Below are positions 29,960 through 41,517 of a stretch of DNA of 64,000 bases, in pieces (the stretch's first letter is position 1; the number at the start of each line of letters is the position of its first letter). The position numbers and the translations under genes were made by a program. The notes under the pieces are model-generated. The model did no database searches and was not told the origin of the DNA. It saw only the letters and a list, made by a program, of their open reading frames with translations. The DNA lies in assembly GCA_902552705.1 (NCBI GenBank), contig CACDHZ010000001.1, positions 33,594-97,593 of the forward strand, read 5' to 3'. Source of the stretch: an uncultured Pelagibacteraceae bacterium. GTDB taxonomy: Bacteria; Pseudomonadota; Alphaproteobacteria; Pelagibacterales; Pelagibacteraceae.

Positions 29960-30685
29960 CTCATTTATAATTTTTTTTAAATTTTTTTTTGAGGATAAGC
30001 TATGATTTCCATTTTTTATAATAACCAAATTTTTTTTTGCTCTTTTAAAAAGTTTTAAAATTTTTCTTGAATATTTTACAGGAACAACTTCATCTTTACT
30101 CCCATGTATCATTGTTAATTGTATTGAATTATTAAATTTTTTATTAAAAACTTTATTTTTTTTCCCATCCCTAATTAATTGATTAGTTATAGGGTATTCA
30201 TATTTGCCGTGTTTTAAATTTATTATTCCTTTTTTTTTAATTTCATTTTTCATTTTTTTTGTAAATTTTTTCCACATTAAATTTTCTAAAAACTCCGGTG
30301 CTGATCCAATACCAATAAATCCTTTAATTTGTTTTTTAAAATATCTAAATTGATTTAAAGCTAACCAAGATCCCATACTTGATCCAACTAAAATAAAATT
30401 ATTATTTTTAATTATTTTTTTAATTAAGATCTTAACCTCATTTGTCCATTTACTAATATTACCTTGAGTAAATTTTCCTGAAGATTTTCCATGACCTGAA
30501 TATTCAATAGCAAGAAATCCAATTTTATTTCTCTTTGCATATTTAAAAATTGCATTAGGTTTTTCACCTTCAATATCAGACATAAAACCATGTAGAAAAA
30601 CTACAAAAAGATTATTTTTTTGATAATTATTTAAATATCTGATTTTCTTATTATTTAAGATTTTAAGGTATTTAAATTTGTTCAT
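29930..30685 (-). CDS. Alpha/beta hydrolase (ABHD10-like)
   Basis: FLHGFMSD, YSGHGKS, GSSMG, HGSKDEVVP. Confidence 0.85.
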   Translation of the reverse strand: MNKFKYLKILNNKKIRYLNNYQKNNLFVVFLHGFMSDIEGEKPNAIFKYAKRNKIGFLAIEYSGHGKSSGKFTQGNISKWTNEVKILIKKIIKNNNFILVGSSMGSWLALNQFRYFKKQIKGFIGIGSAPEFLENLMWKKFTKKMKNEIKKKGIINLKHGKYEYPITNQLIRDGKKNKVFNKKFNNSIQLTMIHGSKDEVVPVKYSRKILKLFKRAKKNLVIIKNGNHSLSSKKNLKKIINELNNMIFNLS

Positions 30686-30727
30686 ATCAGTTTAATAGAG
30701 GCAATTCTTAATATATAATCTTATCAA

Positions 30728-31882
30728 ATGTCTTCAGAAATAAAAGTTTTACAAGTAATTCCTAGATTAGGTTATGGTGGAGCCGAAATAGGTTGTTATG
30801 ATCTTGCACATTATTTATATGAAAATAAATGTAAATCATTTATCGTCACTAGTGGTGGAGATTTAGTAAAATTTATAGATAAAAAAAAAGTAAAATTAAT
30901 AAAGCTTCCAGTTCATAGCAAGAACCCTATTTTAATGTTTTTTAATACTATAATTTTAATTTTTATTATTTTATTTAATGGTATTTCGATAGTTCATGCT
31001 AGAAGTAGAGCTCCAGCCTGGTCTTGTTTTGTTGCAACTAAGATTACTAGAAGAAAATTTGTTACTACATTTCATGGAACTTATAATTTTAGTAATATAT
31101 TTAAAAAATTTTATAATTCAGTAATGTTAAGGTCCGATTTAATTATAGCAGGTTCTAATTTTATTTTTTCTCATATTAATAAAAATTATCAAAAATATTT
31201 AAGTTTAAAAAAAAAATTTTTAGTTATCTTCAGAGGTATTAATGTAGACTATTTCGATCCATCAACAACTACAGAAAGTGACGAAGATAAACTTTTTAAA
31301 AAATGGGAGCTTACTGTTGGTCAAAAAGTAATATTATTACCGGGAAGGCTGACATCATGGAAAGGACAAGAAACATTTATCGAGTCTCTTAGTATTGTAA
31401 ATAAAGAATTAGGTTATGAAAAAGTTTGTGGAATTATTTTAGGAAGCGAACAAGGAAGAGATGTATATAAAAAAAAACTTATTAGGTTGGTTGATCAGTT
31501 TAGACTTGTTAACCAAGTAAAATTTATTGAAAATTGTAGAAATATGCCATTGGCTTATAAAATTTCTGATATAGTTGTTTCAGCTTCAATAGAACCAGAA
31601 GCTTTTGGGAGAGTCTCAGTTGAGGCTCAATCTATGGAAAAACCAATTATAGCTAGCAATATTGGAGGTTCAAATGAAACTATTATTAATGACAAAACTG
31701 GTTTTTTATTCGAAGCTGGTAGTGCACTATCATTAAGCAAGAAGATTATAGAAGTTTTACAATTAGACGAAACAACATTGAAATCTATGGGTATTGAGGG
31801 TAGAAAAAATGTAATAAAAAAATTTAATGTTGAAAAAATGTGTTTTTCTACTTATGCAGAATATAAAAAGTTATTAAATTAA
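30728..31882 (+). CDS. Glycosyltransferase family 4
   Basis: GGAE, HARSRAPAW, EAFGRVSVEAQ GT4 motif. Confidence 0.9.
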   Translation: MSSEIKVLQVIPRLGYGGAEIGCYDLAHYLYENKCKSFIVTSGGDLVKFIDKKKVKLIKLPVHSKNPILMFFNTIILIFIILFNGISIVHARSRAPAWSCFVATKITRRKFVTTFHGTYNFSNIFKKFYNSVMLRSDLIIAGSNFIFSHINKNYQKYLSLKKKFLVIFRGINVDYFDPSTTTESDEDKLFKKWELTVGQKVILLPGRLTSWKGQETFIESLSIVNKELGYEKVCGIILGSEQGRDVYKKKLIRLVDQFRLVNQVKFIENCRNMPLAYKISDIVVSASIEPEAFGRVSVEAQSMEKPIIASNIGGSNETIINDKTGFLFEAGSALSLSKKIIEVLQLDETTLKSMGIEGRKNVIKKFNVEKMCFSTYAEYKKLLN

Positions 31883-33799
31883 ATGCCGATTATTACTTTA
31901 CCAGATGGAAATAGTTTTAAATTTTCAAAAAAAGTTACTGGATTGGAAGTAGCTGAAAAGATTAGTAAATCTTTATCAAAACAAGCACTTATCATGAGTG
32001 TTAATGGAGAATTAAAAGATCTAAATCATTCAATAGAAAAAGATAGTTCAATAAAAATCTTTACCTCTAAAGACAGAGAAGGATTAGAAACTATAAGACA
32101 TGATACGGCGCATATTTTAGCTATGGCTGTACAAGAACTTTTCCCTAAAACTCAAGTAACAATTGGACCAGTAATTGAAAATGGATTTTATTATGATTTT
32201 GCTAGGAAAGATCCGTTTACTGAAGAAGATTTAATCAAAATTGAAAAAAAAATGTTAGAAATAGTTGAAAGGGATGAGCCAACCCATAGAGAAGTTTGGA
32301 ATCGTGATAAGGCTATTGAACATTTTAAAAAATCTGGAGAAATTTATAAAGCAGAAATAATTAAGGAGATTCCAAAAGAAGAAGAGGTCTCAGTTTATTT
32401 TCATGGTAAGTGGCATGATTTGTGTAGAGGACCTCATTTAAGTTCTACTGGTAAAATTGGTAAGTTTTTTAAATTAACAAAAGTTGCTGGGGCTTATTGG
32501 AGAGGTGATTCTAAAAATGAGATGTTACAAAGGATTTACGGAACATCTTGGTCATCTCAAAAAGAACTCGATAATTATTTAAATCAAATAGAAGAGGCGG
32601 AAAAAAGAGATCATAGAAAACTTGGCAAGGAAATGGATCTGTTTCATTTTAGAGAAGAAAGTCCAGGTTCTGTATTTTGGCATGAAAAGGGATGGAAACT
32701 TTTTCAGAAATTAGTTGCCTATATGAGAGCGAGGCAAGATTTAGCTGGCTATAAAGAAATTAATACTCCCGAAGTTTTAGATAGAGCATTATGGGAAAAG
32801 TCTGGTCATTGGGAAAAATATGGTGAACACATGTATACTTCACAAACTCCTGATGAAAAAGTATTTGCGATAAAACCAATGAATTGTCCAGGACATGTAC
32901 AAGTTTTTAATCAGGGCTTAAAAAGTTATAGAGATCTTCCGCTTAGAATTTCTGAGTTTGGAAAAGTTCATAGATATGAACCTTCAGGAGCCTTACATGG
33001 ATTGTTGAGGGTAAGAGCTTTTACACAGGATGACGCACATATTTTTTGTACAGAGGATCAAATAACTAATGAATGTTTGATAGTGACAAATTTAATTTTA
33101 GATATCTATAAAGATCTTGGATTTGAAAATGTAATTTTAAAATATTCAGACAGACCAGATTTAAGAGTTGGAGATGATAAAGTTTGGGACAAAGCAGAAA
33201 AAGCTTTGTTGGATGCTGTTAAAGCATCTAAGCTTAAATATACAATTAATAAAGGAGAAGGAGCATTTTACGGTCCAAAAATTGAATTTGTTCTAAGGGA
33301 TGCCATAGGAAGAGATTGGCAATGCGGAACTTTACAAGTCGATCTAAATTTACCAGAAAGATTAGACGCAACATTTGTAGATAAAGACGGAACAAAAAAA
33401 GTTCCTGTAATGCTTCATAGAGCATTGTTTGGATCCTTGGAACGTTTTATAGGAATATTAATTGAAAATTATGCTGGTAAATTTCCATTTTGGATATCAC
33501 CGTTACAAGTTATGGTAATTCCTATTTCTGAGGAGTTTGATGAATATGCAAAAGAGGTAAATAGTAAAATTATTAATGCAGGAATTAGCTCTGAAGTAGA
33601 TTTAAAGAATCATAATTTAAATTATAAAATTAGAGAACATTCTGTATCAAAAGTGCCAATTTTATTAATTTGTGGTAAAAAAGAAGTTGACAGCAACACA
33701 GTAACGATTAGAAGGTTAGATTCTAATAAACAAGAAAATATGGAATTAAAATTATTTCTAAAAAAATTCTCAGCTTTAAACAAAGCTTCTTCAAATTAA
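31883..33799 (+). CDS. thrS: Threonine--tRNA ligase
   Basis: TGS domain, DLCRGPH, RDHRKLG, KPMNCPGH, HRALFGSLERF. Confidence 0.98.
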   Translation: MPIITLPDGNSFKFSKKVTGLEVAEKISKSLSKQALIMSVNGELKDLNHSIEKDSSIKIFTSKDREGLETIRHDTAHILAMAVQELFPKTQVTIGPVIENGFYYDFARKDPFTEEDLIKIEKKMLEIVERDEPTHREVWNRDKAIEHFKKSGEIYKAEIIKEIPKEEEVSVYFHGKWHDLCRGPHLSSTGKIGKFFKLTKVAGAYWRGDSKNEMLQRIYGTSWSSQKELDNYLNQIEEAEKRDHRKLGKEMDLFHFREESPGSVFWHEKGWKLFQKLVAYMRARQDLAGYKEINTPEVLDRALWEKSGHWEKYGEHMYTSQTPDEKVFAIKPMNCPGHVQVFNQGLKSYRDLPLRISEFGKVHRYEPSGALHGLLRVRAFTQDDAHIFCTEDQITNECLIVTNLILDIYKDLGFENVILKYSDRPDLRVGDDKVWDKAEKALLDAVKASKLKYTINKGEGAFYGPKIEFVLRDAIGRDWQCGTLQVDLNLPERLDATFVDKDGTKKVPVMLHRALFGSLERFIGILIENYAGKFPFWISPLQVMVIPISEEFDEYAKEVNSKIINAGISSEVDLKNHNLNYKIREHSVSKVPILLICGKKEVDSNTVTIRRLDSNKQENMELKLFLKKFSALNKASSN

Positions 33800-34345
33800 G
33801 TGGTAGACTTCAAACAAAATTACTTTCAAAAAAGGACTAAAGAAAAAGGCCCAAGGTCTAATAATAGAATTTCATCTCCTGAAGTACAAGTTATTGGCAG
33901 TGATGGTGATAACTTAGGAATATTAAATACTAATGAAGCAATATCTATGGCTAAGGAGCAAGGTTTAGATTTAATTGAGATAGCCCCTAATGCTAAACCA
34001 CCTGTATGTAAAATTATTGATATGGGTAAGTTTAAATATGATGCTCAAAAAAAAGCTAATGTTGCAAGAAAAAAACAAAAAATAGTTTTGGTAAAAGAAA
34101 TTAAAATGAGACCAGTTACAGAGACACATGACTATGAATTTAAAGTTAAAAATGCAAAAAAATTTATTGGAAAAGGAGATAAGGTAAAATTTACTATAAG
34201 ATTTAAAGGTAGAGAATTACAACATTCGCATTTGGGAAAAGAATTGATGAATAAAATAAAATTAGATATGCAGGATGTTGGTAAAGTAGAATTAGACTCA
34301 AAATTCGATGGAAAACAAATGATCATGGTTATCCAGCCTTTATAA
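33800..34345 (+). CDS. infC: Translation initiation factor IF-3
   Basis: LDLIEIAPNAKPPVCKI, KEIKMRP, RFKGRE; GTG start abutting the thrS stop. Confidence 0.96.
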   Translation: MVDFKQNYFQKRTKEKGPRSNNRISSPEVQVIGSDGDNLGILNTNEAISMAKEQGLDLIEIAPNAKPPVCKIIDMGKFKYDAQKKANVARKKQKIVLVKEIKMRPVTETHDYEFKVKNAKKFIGKGDKVKFTIRFKGRELQHSHLGKELMNKIKLDMQDVGKVELDSKFDGKQMIMVIQPL

Positions 34346-34358
34346 GGCTTAAAAGAGG

Positions 34359-34387
34359 TTGTAAATCTATTCCAATATTTGTATAAG
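34359..34387 (+). promoter_or_regulatory. Putative sigma70 promoter of rpmI-rplT
   Basis: TTGTAA-17 bp-TATAAG ending 11 nt before the rpmI ATG. Confidence 0.5.
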
Positions 34388-34398
34388 ACCGCAGAATT

Positions 34399-34605
34399 AT
34401 GCCAAAATTAAAAACTAAAAGTTCAGCAAAAAAAAGATTTAAAATTTCAGCTACGGGCAAAGTTATGATGGCTCAGGCAGGAAAAAGACATGGTATGATT
34501 AAAAGAACAAATTCACAAATAAGAAAGTTAAGAGGCACAACGACTATGTCAAAACAAGACGGCAAAATAGTTAAATCATATATGCCTTACAATTTAAGAG
34601 GATAA
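34399..34605 (+). CDS. rpmI: 50S ribosomal protein L35
   Basis: [15 protein letters not shown]; infC-rpmI-rplT order. Confidence 0.97.
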   Translation: MPKLKTKSSAKKRFKISATGKVMMAQAGKRHGMIKRTNSQIRKLRGTTTMSKQDGKIVKSYMPYNLRG

Positions 34606-34606
34606 A

Positions 34607-34963
34607 ATGGCTAGAGTAAAAAGGGGTGTAACGAGTCACGCCAAACACAAAAAAGTTTTAAAAGCTGTTAAAGGTCAGTGGGGCAGAAGAAAAAACACAA
34701 TAAGAGTTGCAAAACAAGCTATGGAAAAAGCTATGCAATATGCTTATAGAGATCGAAGAAATAAAAAAAGAGAATTTAAGTCTTTGTGGATACAAAGAAT
34801 CAACGCAGGCGTTAGATCTGAAGGAATGACATATTCAAAATTCATTAATGGCTTAACAAAGTGTGGAGTCAAGCTGGATAGAAAAATATTAGCTGAAATA
34901 GCATATGATAGCCCAGAAGCCTTTAAAGTAATTGTCCAAAAAGCACAATCTGCTTTAAAGTAA
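34607..34963 (+). CDS. rplT: 50S ribosomal protein L20
   Basis: [22 protein letters not shown]. Confidence 0.98.
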   Translation: MARVKRGVTSHAKHKKVLKAVKGQWGRRKNTIRVAKQAMEKAMQYAYRDRRNKKREFKSLWIQRINAGVRSEGMTYSKFINGLTKCGVKLDRKILAEIAYDSPEAFKVIVQKAQSALK

Positions 34964-35006
34964 TCTTCACTATTGTTTTATTTTTCTGAAGAAATAATCT
35001 GTAGAG

Positions 35007-36074
35007 ATGTCTGATCTTAAAAAAATAAAAGAAGAATTTCTTTCAAAGCTTAGAGGAAATTTAAATCTTTCAGAAATAAATCAAATAAAATCTGATTTAT
35101 TTGGAAAGAATGGATTAATTTCATTACAATTTAAAAAAATTGGAACTATTGCTGAAGCAGAAAGAAAAAAATTTGCTTCAAATTTAAATATTCTAAAGGT
35201 TGAATTACAAGAATTAATAAATTCAAAAATAAACGAAATTGAAATTAATGAAATAAATGAAAAATTAGAGAAAGAAAAAATTGATATTACTTTACCCGAG
35301 AGAAGTTTTGTCAGAGGAAAAATACATCCAGTGTCACAAACAATTGATGAAATATCTTCAATTTTTTCAGAAATTGGTTTTAGTGTTGAAGAAGGACCAG
35401 ATGTTGAAAATGAATATAATAATTTTACCGCTTTGAATACTCCTGATAATCATCCCGCGAGAGATATGCATGACACATTTTATTTGGATCAAAACAAAGA
35501 AAAATTATTACGAACTCATACATCACCAGTTCAAATAAGGACTATGTTAAAAAGCAAACCACCATTTAAAATTATTGCACCCGGAAGAACGTATAGATCT
35601 GATAGTGATCAAACACATTCACCAATGTTTCATCAGGTTGAAGGTCTTCATATAGATAAAAATATCAATATGAGTCATCTTAAGGGATGTTTGAATTATT
35701 TTATTAAAGAGTTCTTTGAGGTTGATAAAATCAAAATGAGATTTAGACCAAGTCATTTTCCTTTTACTGAGCCTTCTGCCGAGGTAGATATTGGTTATAA
35801 AATTAAAGATGGAAAAATAGTTATTGGTGAAGGAGATAAATGGTTAGAGATTTTAGGTTGCGGAATGGTTCATCCTAATGTTCTCAAAAACGTTAAAGTA
35901 GACCCAGAAAAATATCAAGGATATGCATTTGGTATAGGAATAGATAGATTAGCAATGCTAAAATATGGAATTAATGATTTAAGATCTTTTTTTGAGTGTG
36001 ATTACAGATGGCTTAATCATTTTGGCTTTGATCCATTAGATGTTCCAACTAATTATAGGGGATTAAGTAGATGA
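35007..36074 (+). CDS. pheS: Phenylalanine--tRNA ligase alpha subunit
   Basis: [33 protein letters not shown]. Confidence 0.98.
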   Translation: MSDLKKIKEEFLSKLRGNLNLSEINQIKSDLFGKNGLISLQFKKIGTIAEAERKKFASNLNILKVELQELINSKINEIEINEINEKLEKEKIDITLPERSFVRGKIHPVSQTIDEISSIFSEIGFSVEEGPDVENEYNNFTALNTPDNHPARDMHDTFYLDQNKEKLLRTHTSPVQIRTMLKSKPPFKIIAPGRTYRSDSDQTHSPMFHQVEGLHIDKNINMSHLKGCLNYFIKEFFEVDKIKMRFRPSHFPFTEPSAEVDIGYKIKDGKIVIGEGDKWLEILGCGMVHPNVLKNVKVDPEKYQGYAFGIGIDRLAMLKYGINDLRSFFECDYRWLNHFGFDPLDVPTNYRGLSR

Positions 36075-38479
36075 AAATTACTTATGATTGGCTGAAAGAT
36101 TACTTGCAAACAAAAAATTCTGAAAATCAACTGTTAGATAAATTAACGGACATAGGTTTAGAGGTTGAGCAAATAGAAAATACATCTGCAGATTTAAATA
36201 AGTTTATTGTAGCAAAAATTATTAAAACTGAAAAACATCCAAATGCTGATAGGCTAAAAGTTTGTGATGTTGATATTGGTAAAAAAAAATTAATCAAAGT
36301 GGTATGTGGTGCAGAAAATGCAAAAGAAAATCTAATAACTATTTATGCTTCTCCAGGTGCAATAATTCCAAAAAATAAAATGGAAATAACTATAAGTCAA
36401 ATAAGAGGCATAACATCATTTGGCATGCTTTGTTCTGAATTTGAGCTTAATTTATCAGAAGAAAGTGAAGGCATAATTGATTTAATTCCAACTAAATTTA
36501 AAAAAAGAATTGGAAAAAAATATTTTAATAATAATATTTCTAATTTAATTGATTTATCAATTACACCAAATAGACCAGACTGCTTAGGTGTAAGAGGGAT
36601 AGCGAGAGATTTAGCAACAGCAGGTTTTGGAAAACTCAAAACTAGTAAGCCAAATAAGATTAAATTTATTGGAAAGCAAAAAATAGGAGTTAAAATTTTA
36701 AAAGAAAAAAACCAGGGATGTACAGCATTTGGAAGTTGTTTAATTACTAATGTTAAAAACACGGAAAGTCCTAAATGGTTAAAAGATAAATTAACTTCTG
36801 TTGGACAAAAACCAATCTCTGCGATTGTAGATATAACTAATTATGTAATGTTAGATTTGAATAGACCTCTACATGCTTATGATGCAGACAAAATTAATAA
36901 AGGTATAATCGTAAGAAATGCAAAAAAAGGTGAGAGTTTTAAAGCTTTAGATAATAAAGAATATAAGCTTGATGAAGGAATGTGTGTTATTGCTGATAAT
37001 TCTGGAGTACTTGGATTAGGCGGAATAATTGGTGGAATTAGATCAGGAACAGAGATTCAGACAAAAAACGTTTTAATTGAGTCAGCTTACTTTATCTCAA
37101 GATCAATCAGAAAAACTTCAAAAATATTAAATATTGATACTGATGCCAAATTTAGATTTGAACGAGGAATAGATCCTTTATCCATTGAAGAGGGCTTAAT
37201 TAAATCAGCGAAGTTAATTAAAGATATTTGTGGAGGAGAAATTAGTAAAATTGATATTCAAAATACTACGAAATTTAAGGAAACTAATATTAAGTTTGAA
37301 ATTGAATTGTTTGAAAAAATTTCAGGTTTTAAAATTTCAAATAAAGAAATTTTGAAGATTTTAAATAATCTTGGGTTCGAAATCAAAAATGATAAGAAAT
37401 TTCTAAGATTAAAAGTTCCTTCGTGGAGACCAGATATAACACAGCCTATTGATGTTGTTGAGGAATTAGTCAGAATTCATGGATATGATAAAATTAAAAA
37501 AATTGATCCTATTAAAGTAAGATCTAAGCCCACTTTAAATAAATCTCAAAAGTTATTTCATTTTTTGCAAAGAGCTATTGCTTCAAAAGGTTACCAAGAA
37601 ACTATAACATGGTCATTCACAGATAGTAAAATTAATGATTTATTTAAATTTAATATGAAAAATATTGAAATTGTTAATCCAATTAGCTCAGATCTAAATG
37701 TTTTAAGAAATTCAATTTTATCAAATTTAATAATGTATATTAATAAAAATTTAGATCGAGGTTTTAAGGATCTTTCTTTTTTTGAAATTGGCCCAGTATT
37801 TTATGGTTCAAATCCTGGTGAACAAAAAACAGTAATAGGAGGTTTGCGGTCGGGAAAAGTTTCAAGGTCATCATGGTTGGAAAAAGAGAGAAATGTAGAT
37901 ATCTTTGATATTAAGAAAGATGTTATTCAGACTTTGGCTGAGTCTGGATATGAAAACTTAAAAATTTCAATAGATGAAAAAACTCCTAGTTATTATCATC
38001 CTGGTAAATCTGGTAGAATTTTTTTTAATAAAGAAAAAGAGAAAGTTGTTGCATATTTTGGAGAAATTCATCCAAATATTTTAAAAAAAATTGATATAAA
38101 AACAGAGGCTTTAATAGGATTTGAAATATTTATAGATAATCTAAAAGAGCAAAAAAAATCACTCAAAGATCAAAAAATCAAATATGAAATATCTGATTAT
38201 CAAAAATCAGAAAGAGATTTCGCTTTTGTAATTGATAAAAATTTTAAATCACAAGAATTAATAGATGTTATTTTAGATGTTGATCAGGAACTTATTAAGA
38301 ATGTAAATATTTTTGATATTTATGAAGGTGAAAATATTCCTAAAGATAAGAAGTCAATAGCATTAAATGTAACTATACAGTCAATGACTAAAACTTTAAA
38401 AGAGGAAGATTTAGAAAAAATAAATAATTTAATCATTGATACCGTAGAGAATAAAACTGGTGCTAAAATTCGATCTTAA
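36071..38479 (+). CDS. pheT: Phenylalanine--tRNA ligase beta subunit
   Basis: [29 protein letters not shown]-terminal ERDFAF. Confidence 0.97.
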   Translation: MKITYDWLKDYLQTKNSENQLLDKLTDIGLEVEQIENTSADLNKFIVAKIIKTEKHPNADRLKVCDVDIGKKKLIKVVCGAENAKENLITIYASPGAIIPKNKMEITISQIRGITSFGMLCSEFELNLSEESEGIIDLIPTKFKKRIGKKYFNNNISNLIDLSITPNRPDCLGVRGIARDLATAGFGKLKTSKPNKIKFIGKQKIGVKILKEKNQGCTAFGSCLITNVKNTESPKWLKDKLTSVGQKPISAIVDITNYVMLDLNRPLHAYDADKINKGIIVRNAKKGESFKALDNKEYKLDEGMCVIADNSGVLGLGGIIGGIRSGTEIQTKNVLIESAYFISRSIRKTSKILNIDTDAKFRFERGIDPLSIEEGLIKSAKLIKDICGGEISKIDIQNTTKFKETNIKFEIELFEKISGFKISNKEILKILNNLGFEIKNDKKFLRLKVPSWRPDITQPIDVVEELVRIHGYDKIKKIDPIKVRSKPTLNKSQKLFHFLQRAIASKGYQETITWSFTDSKINDLFKFNMKNIEIVNPISSDLNVLRNSILSNLIMYINKNLDRGFKDLSFFEIGPVFYGSNPGEQKTVIGGLRSGKVSRSSWLEKERNVDIFDIKKDVIQTLAESGYENLKISIDEKTPSYYHPGKSGRIFFNKEKEKVVAYFGEIHPNILKKIDIKTEALIGFEIFIDNLKEQKKSLKDQKIKYEISDYQKSERDFAFVIDKNFKSQELIDVILDVDQELIKNVNIFDIYEGENIPKDKKSIALNVTIQSMTKTLKEEDLEKINNLIIDTVENKTGAKIRS

Positions 38480-38488
38480 TAATTAAAA

Positions 38489-40297
38489 ATGAGCACTATT
38501 GATAACATAAGAAATTTTGCAATTATTGCTCATATTGATCATGGAAAATCTACGATAGCTGATAGAATTATTCATAGATGTGATGGGCTTACTGAACGTG
38601 AAATGAAAGCACAAGTTCTAGATTCAATGGATATTGAAAGAGAAAGAGGAATTACAATAAAAGCTCAAACAGTAAAATTAAATTATAAAGCTAAAAATGG
38701 TAAAGATTATATCTTAAATATTATTGACACTCCTGGTCATGTAGATTTTAGTTATGAGGTAAGTAGATCTCTTTATGCTTGTGAAGGCTCTATTTTAATT
38801 GTTGATAGCACACAAGGCGTTGAGGCCCAAACATTGGCTAATGTTTATCAGGCCTTAGATATTAACCATGAAATCATTCCTGTACTTAATAAAATAGATT
38901 TACCCGCCTCTGATTTAGAGAAAACTAAACAACAAATTGAAGATGTTATTGGTATCGATACAGAAAAAGCTGTTCCATGTTCGGGAAAAACTGGTGAAGG
39001 TATAGATGAAATTTTAGAACAGATTGTTAGTCAACTTCCTGGCCCCAAAGGAAATCCAAGTGAAGATTTAAAATGTTTATTAGTTGATAGTTGGTATGAC
39101 ACATATCTAGGTGTAGTAATTTTAGTAAGAGTTGTTAATGGAAAAATTACTAAGAATATGAAAATAAAGATGCTCTCAACAGATCAGGATTATATTATTG
39201 AAAAAGTAGGCGTTTTTACACCTAAGCCAAAAGACATTAATGAATTGAATACAGGCGAGATTGGTTTCATTACTACTGGAATTAAAGTTTTATCAGAAAC
39301 AAAAGTTGGTGATACTATTTGCGATGCATCTAAACCTAGAGTAGAGGCTTTACCTGGTTTTAAACCAAGTAAGCCCGTGGTTTTTTGTGGATTATTTCCA
39401 GTTGATAGTTCTGAATATCAAAAACTTAAAGATGGACTTGCTAAATTACAATTGAATGATGCAAGTTTTTCATTTGAAGCTGAGTCATCATCGGCTTTAG
39501 GATTAGGTTTTAGATGTGGATTTTTGGGATTACTTCATCTTGAAATAATTACAGAAAGATTAGAAAGAGAGTTTGATGTGAATTTACTTACTACAACACC
39601 GGGCGTTGTTTATAAGGTAAAATTGAATAATGGCAATATTATTGATTTGCAAAATCCAACAGCCTTACCTGATCCCACATTAATCAAATCAATTGAAGAA
39701 CCTTGGATCAAAGCTACAATTATAACTCCTGATGAATACCTTGGTTCAATTATTAAATTGTGTCAGGATAAAAGGGGTAAGCAAACTAACTTAAGTTACT
39801 CAGGAAATAGAGCAGTTTTAAGTTATGAGATTCCTTTAAACGAGGTAGTATTTGATTTTAATGATCGTATAAAATCTATGACAAGTGGTTATGCTAGTTT
39901 TGATTATGAAATAATTGGTCATAAAGAAGGTGATCTAGTAAAGCTTGGAATTTTAGTAAATAGTGAACCAGTTGATGCATTAGCAATGATGATACATAAA
40001 GATTTTGCACAAAGAACAGGCAGGGAAGTTTGCGAAAAGTTAAAGGATTTGATTCCAAGGCATAACTTTATGATACCAGTTCAAGCAGCTATAGGTGGGA
40101 AGATAATAGCTAGAGAGACAATCAAAGGCTTTAAAAAGGATGTATTGACAAAAATTCACGGTGGTGGAGCTACAGATAGAAAAAGAAAATTATTAGAAAA
40201 ACAAAAAAAAGGTAAAGCAAGATCTAAACAATTTGGAAAAGTTGAAATACCTCAAGAGGCCTTTATAGGAGTGTTAAAAATAAATAAAGAAAAATAA
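38489..40297 (+). CDS. lepA: Elongation factor 4 (LepA)
   Basis: [38 protein letters not shown]. Confidence 0.98.
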   Translation: MSTIDNIRNFAIIAHIDHGKSTIADRIIHRCDGLTEREMKAQVLDSMDIERERGITIKAQTVKLNYKAKNGKDYILNIIDTPGHVDFSYEVSRSLYACEGSILIVDSTQGVEAQTLANVYQALDINHEIIPVLNKIDLPASDLEKTKQQIEDVIGIDTEKAVPCSGKTGEGIDEILEQIVSQLPGPKGNPSEDLKCLLVDSWYDTYLGVVILVRVVNGKITKNMKIKMLSTDQDYIIEKVGVFTPKPKDINELNTGEIGFITTGIKVLSETKVGDTICDASKPRVEALPGFKPSKPVVFCGLFPVDSSEYQKLKDGLAKLQLNDASFSFEAESSSALGLGFRCGFLGLLHLEIITERLEREFDVNLLTTTPGVVYKVKLNNGNIIDLQNPTALPDPTLIKSIEEPWIKATIITPDEYLGSIIKLCQDKRGKQTNLSYSGNRAVLSYEIPLNEVVFDFNDRIKSMTSGYASFDYEIIGHKEGDLVKLGILVNSEPVDALAMMIHKDFAQRTGREVCEKLKDLIPRHNFMIPVQAAIGGKIIARETIKGFKKDVLTKIHGGGATDRKRKLLEKQKKGKARSKQFGKVEIPQEAFIGVLKINKEK

Positions 40298-40298
40298 A

Positions 40299-40991
40299 AT
40301 GTTAAACTTAAAATTGGCTTTGTTCAAAATTAAAAATTTCTTTATTATAATAAAGTCCAGATTATTAAAAAAAAAAATTTCTTTGAAGTATAAAGAAAAC
40401 AAAAACAATTTTGAAAAATTAGTTGAAAAAAAAAACTTTTCTCATAAATGGTTTCTAAATAATTTTGAGATATTTTCACATTATTTACCTAAAGAATTAA
40501 ACAAAGAATTCTCATATTTAGAAATTGGTTCTTTTGAGGGATTATCTGCGCTTAATATCTTGTCTAATTATCCAAATTCGAAAGTAACAGTTATAGATTT
40601 GTGGAGCGAAAGTAATCTTAATTCAGAGTCTTTAGAAGTTAATTTTATTGAAGTAGAAAAAAGATTCGATGAAAATTTAAAAGGATATAATTTTATTAAA
40701 ATTAAAAAAGACTCAGTTATAGCCTTAAGAGAACTTTTAAAAAAAAACATATCTTTTGATATAATTTATATTGATGGATCTCATAATGGTGAAGATATTT
40801 TAAGTGATGCTATTGAAAGTTATAAATTATTAAATATTGGAGGAATAATTATTTTTGATGATATTGTTAATTCAAATAAAAATATAAGCATTCAATCATA
40901 TAAAGGTTTTGAAAAATTTTGTGAAACTTTTAATAAAAGATTAAAAGTTTTGTATTTAAGAAATATAGCAGTTGTCAAAAAAATTAAATAG
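40299..40991 (+). CDS. Class I SAM-dependent methyltransferase
   Basis: LEIGSFEG, FDIIYIDGSH, GGIIIFDD. Confidence 0.85.
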   Translation: MLNLKLALFKIKNFFIIIKSRLLKKKISLKYKENKNNFEKLVEKKNFSHKWFLNNFEIFSHYLPKELNKEFSYLEIGSFEGLSALNILSNYPNSKVTVIDLWSESNLNSESLEVNFIEVEKRFDENLKGYNFIKIKKDSVIALRELLKKNISFDIIYIDGSHNGEDILSDAIESYKLLNIGGIIIFDDIVNSNKNISIQSYKGFEKFCETFNKRLKVLYLRNIAVVKKIK

Positions 40992-40992
40992 T

Positions 40993-41517
40993 ATGAAGAA
41001 GTTGTTATTAAAATCTAAATTAACAAAAAAACTAAAAAAAGAAGACATTGAAAGTATTTGTAAATTAAAAAATACTCATTGGAGGTATGGGATTAAATCT
41101 CAAATAAATTGGTTTCATAAAAATATGAAAGATAGAGATATTCATAATCTAGCATATTTAAATGGAAAATTAGTAGGTTATGTATCTCTTAGGAAAAGAA
41201 ATTTTATATTAAATAATAAAAAAAAAAGATATTTGTATTTTGATACTCTTATTGTCTTAAAAAAGTATAGAAATTTTGAAATAGGTCATAAACTTTTAAA
41301 ATTAACTGTAAAAGTTATTAAAAAATCAAAATTACATTCAATGTTAATTTGTAAGAAAAAAGTTGTTCAATTTTATGAAAAATATAAATGGAAAAAGATG
41401 ATACAAAATAGAATAAAAATAATTGACCATAAATATTCTAAAAATTTATCGATGATGTACATAAATCAAACGAAGCAAATCTCAAAAGTTAATATCAGAT
41501 ATTATATTTTTAGTTAA
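40993..41517 (+). CDS. GNAT-family acetyltransferase; likely start ATG 40993
   Basis: LVGY, LIVLKKYRNFEIGHKLL motif A-like, FYEKYKW motif B. Confidence 0.7.
   Translation: MKKLLLKSKLTKKLKKEDIESICKLKNTHWRYGIKSQINWFHKNMKDRDIHNLAYLNGKLVGYVSLRKRNFILNNKKKRYLYFDTLIVLKKYRNFEIGHKLLKLTVKVIKKSKLHSMLICKKKVVQFYEKYKWKKMIQNRIKIIDHKYSKNLSMMYINQTKQISKVNIRYYIFS

Noticed and set aside
30728-34345. GT4-thrS-infC (and cobS-cobT) abut in frame across single stop codons, suggesting readthrough fusions
   Set aside because: The stops are TAA, each protein is complete, and zero spacing is expected in a streamlined genome
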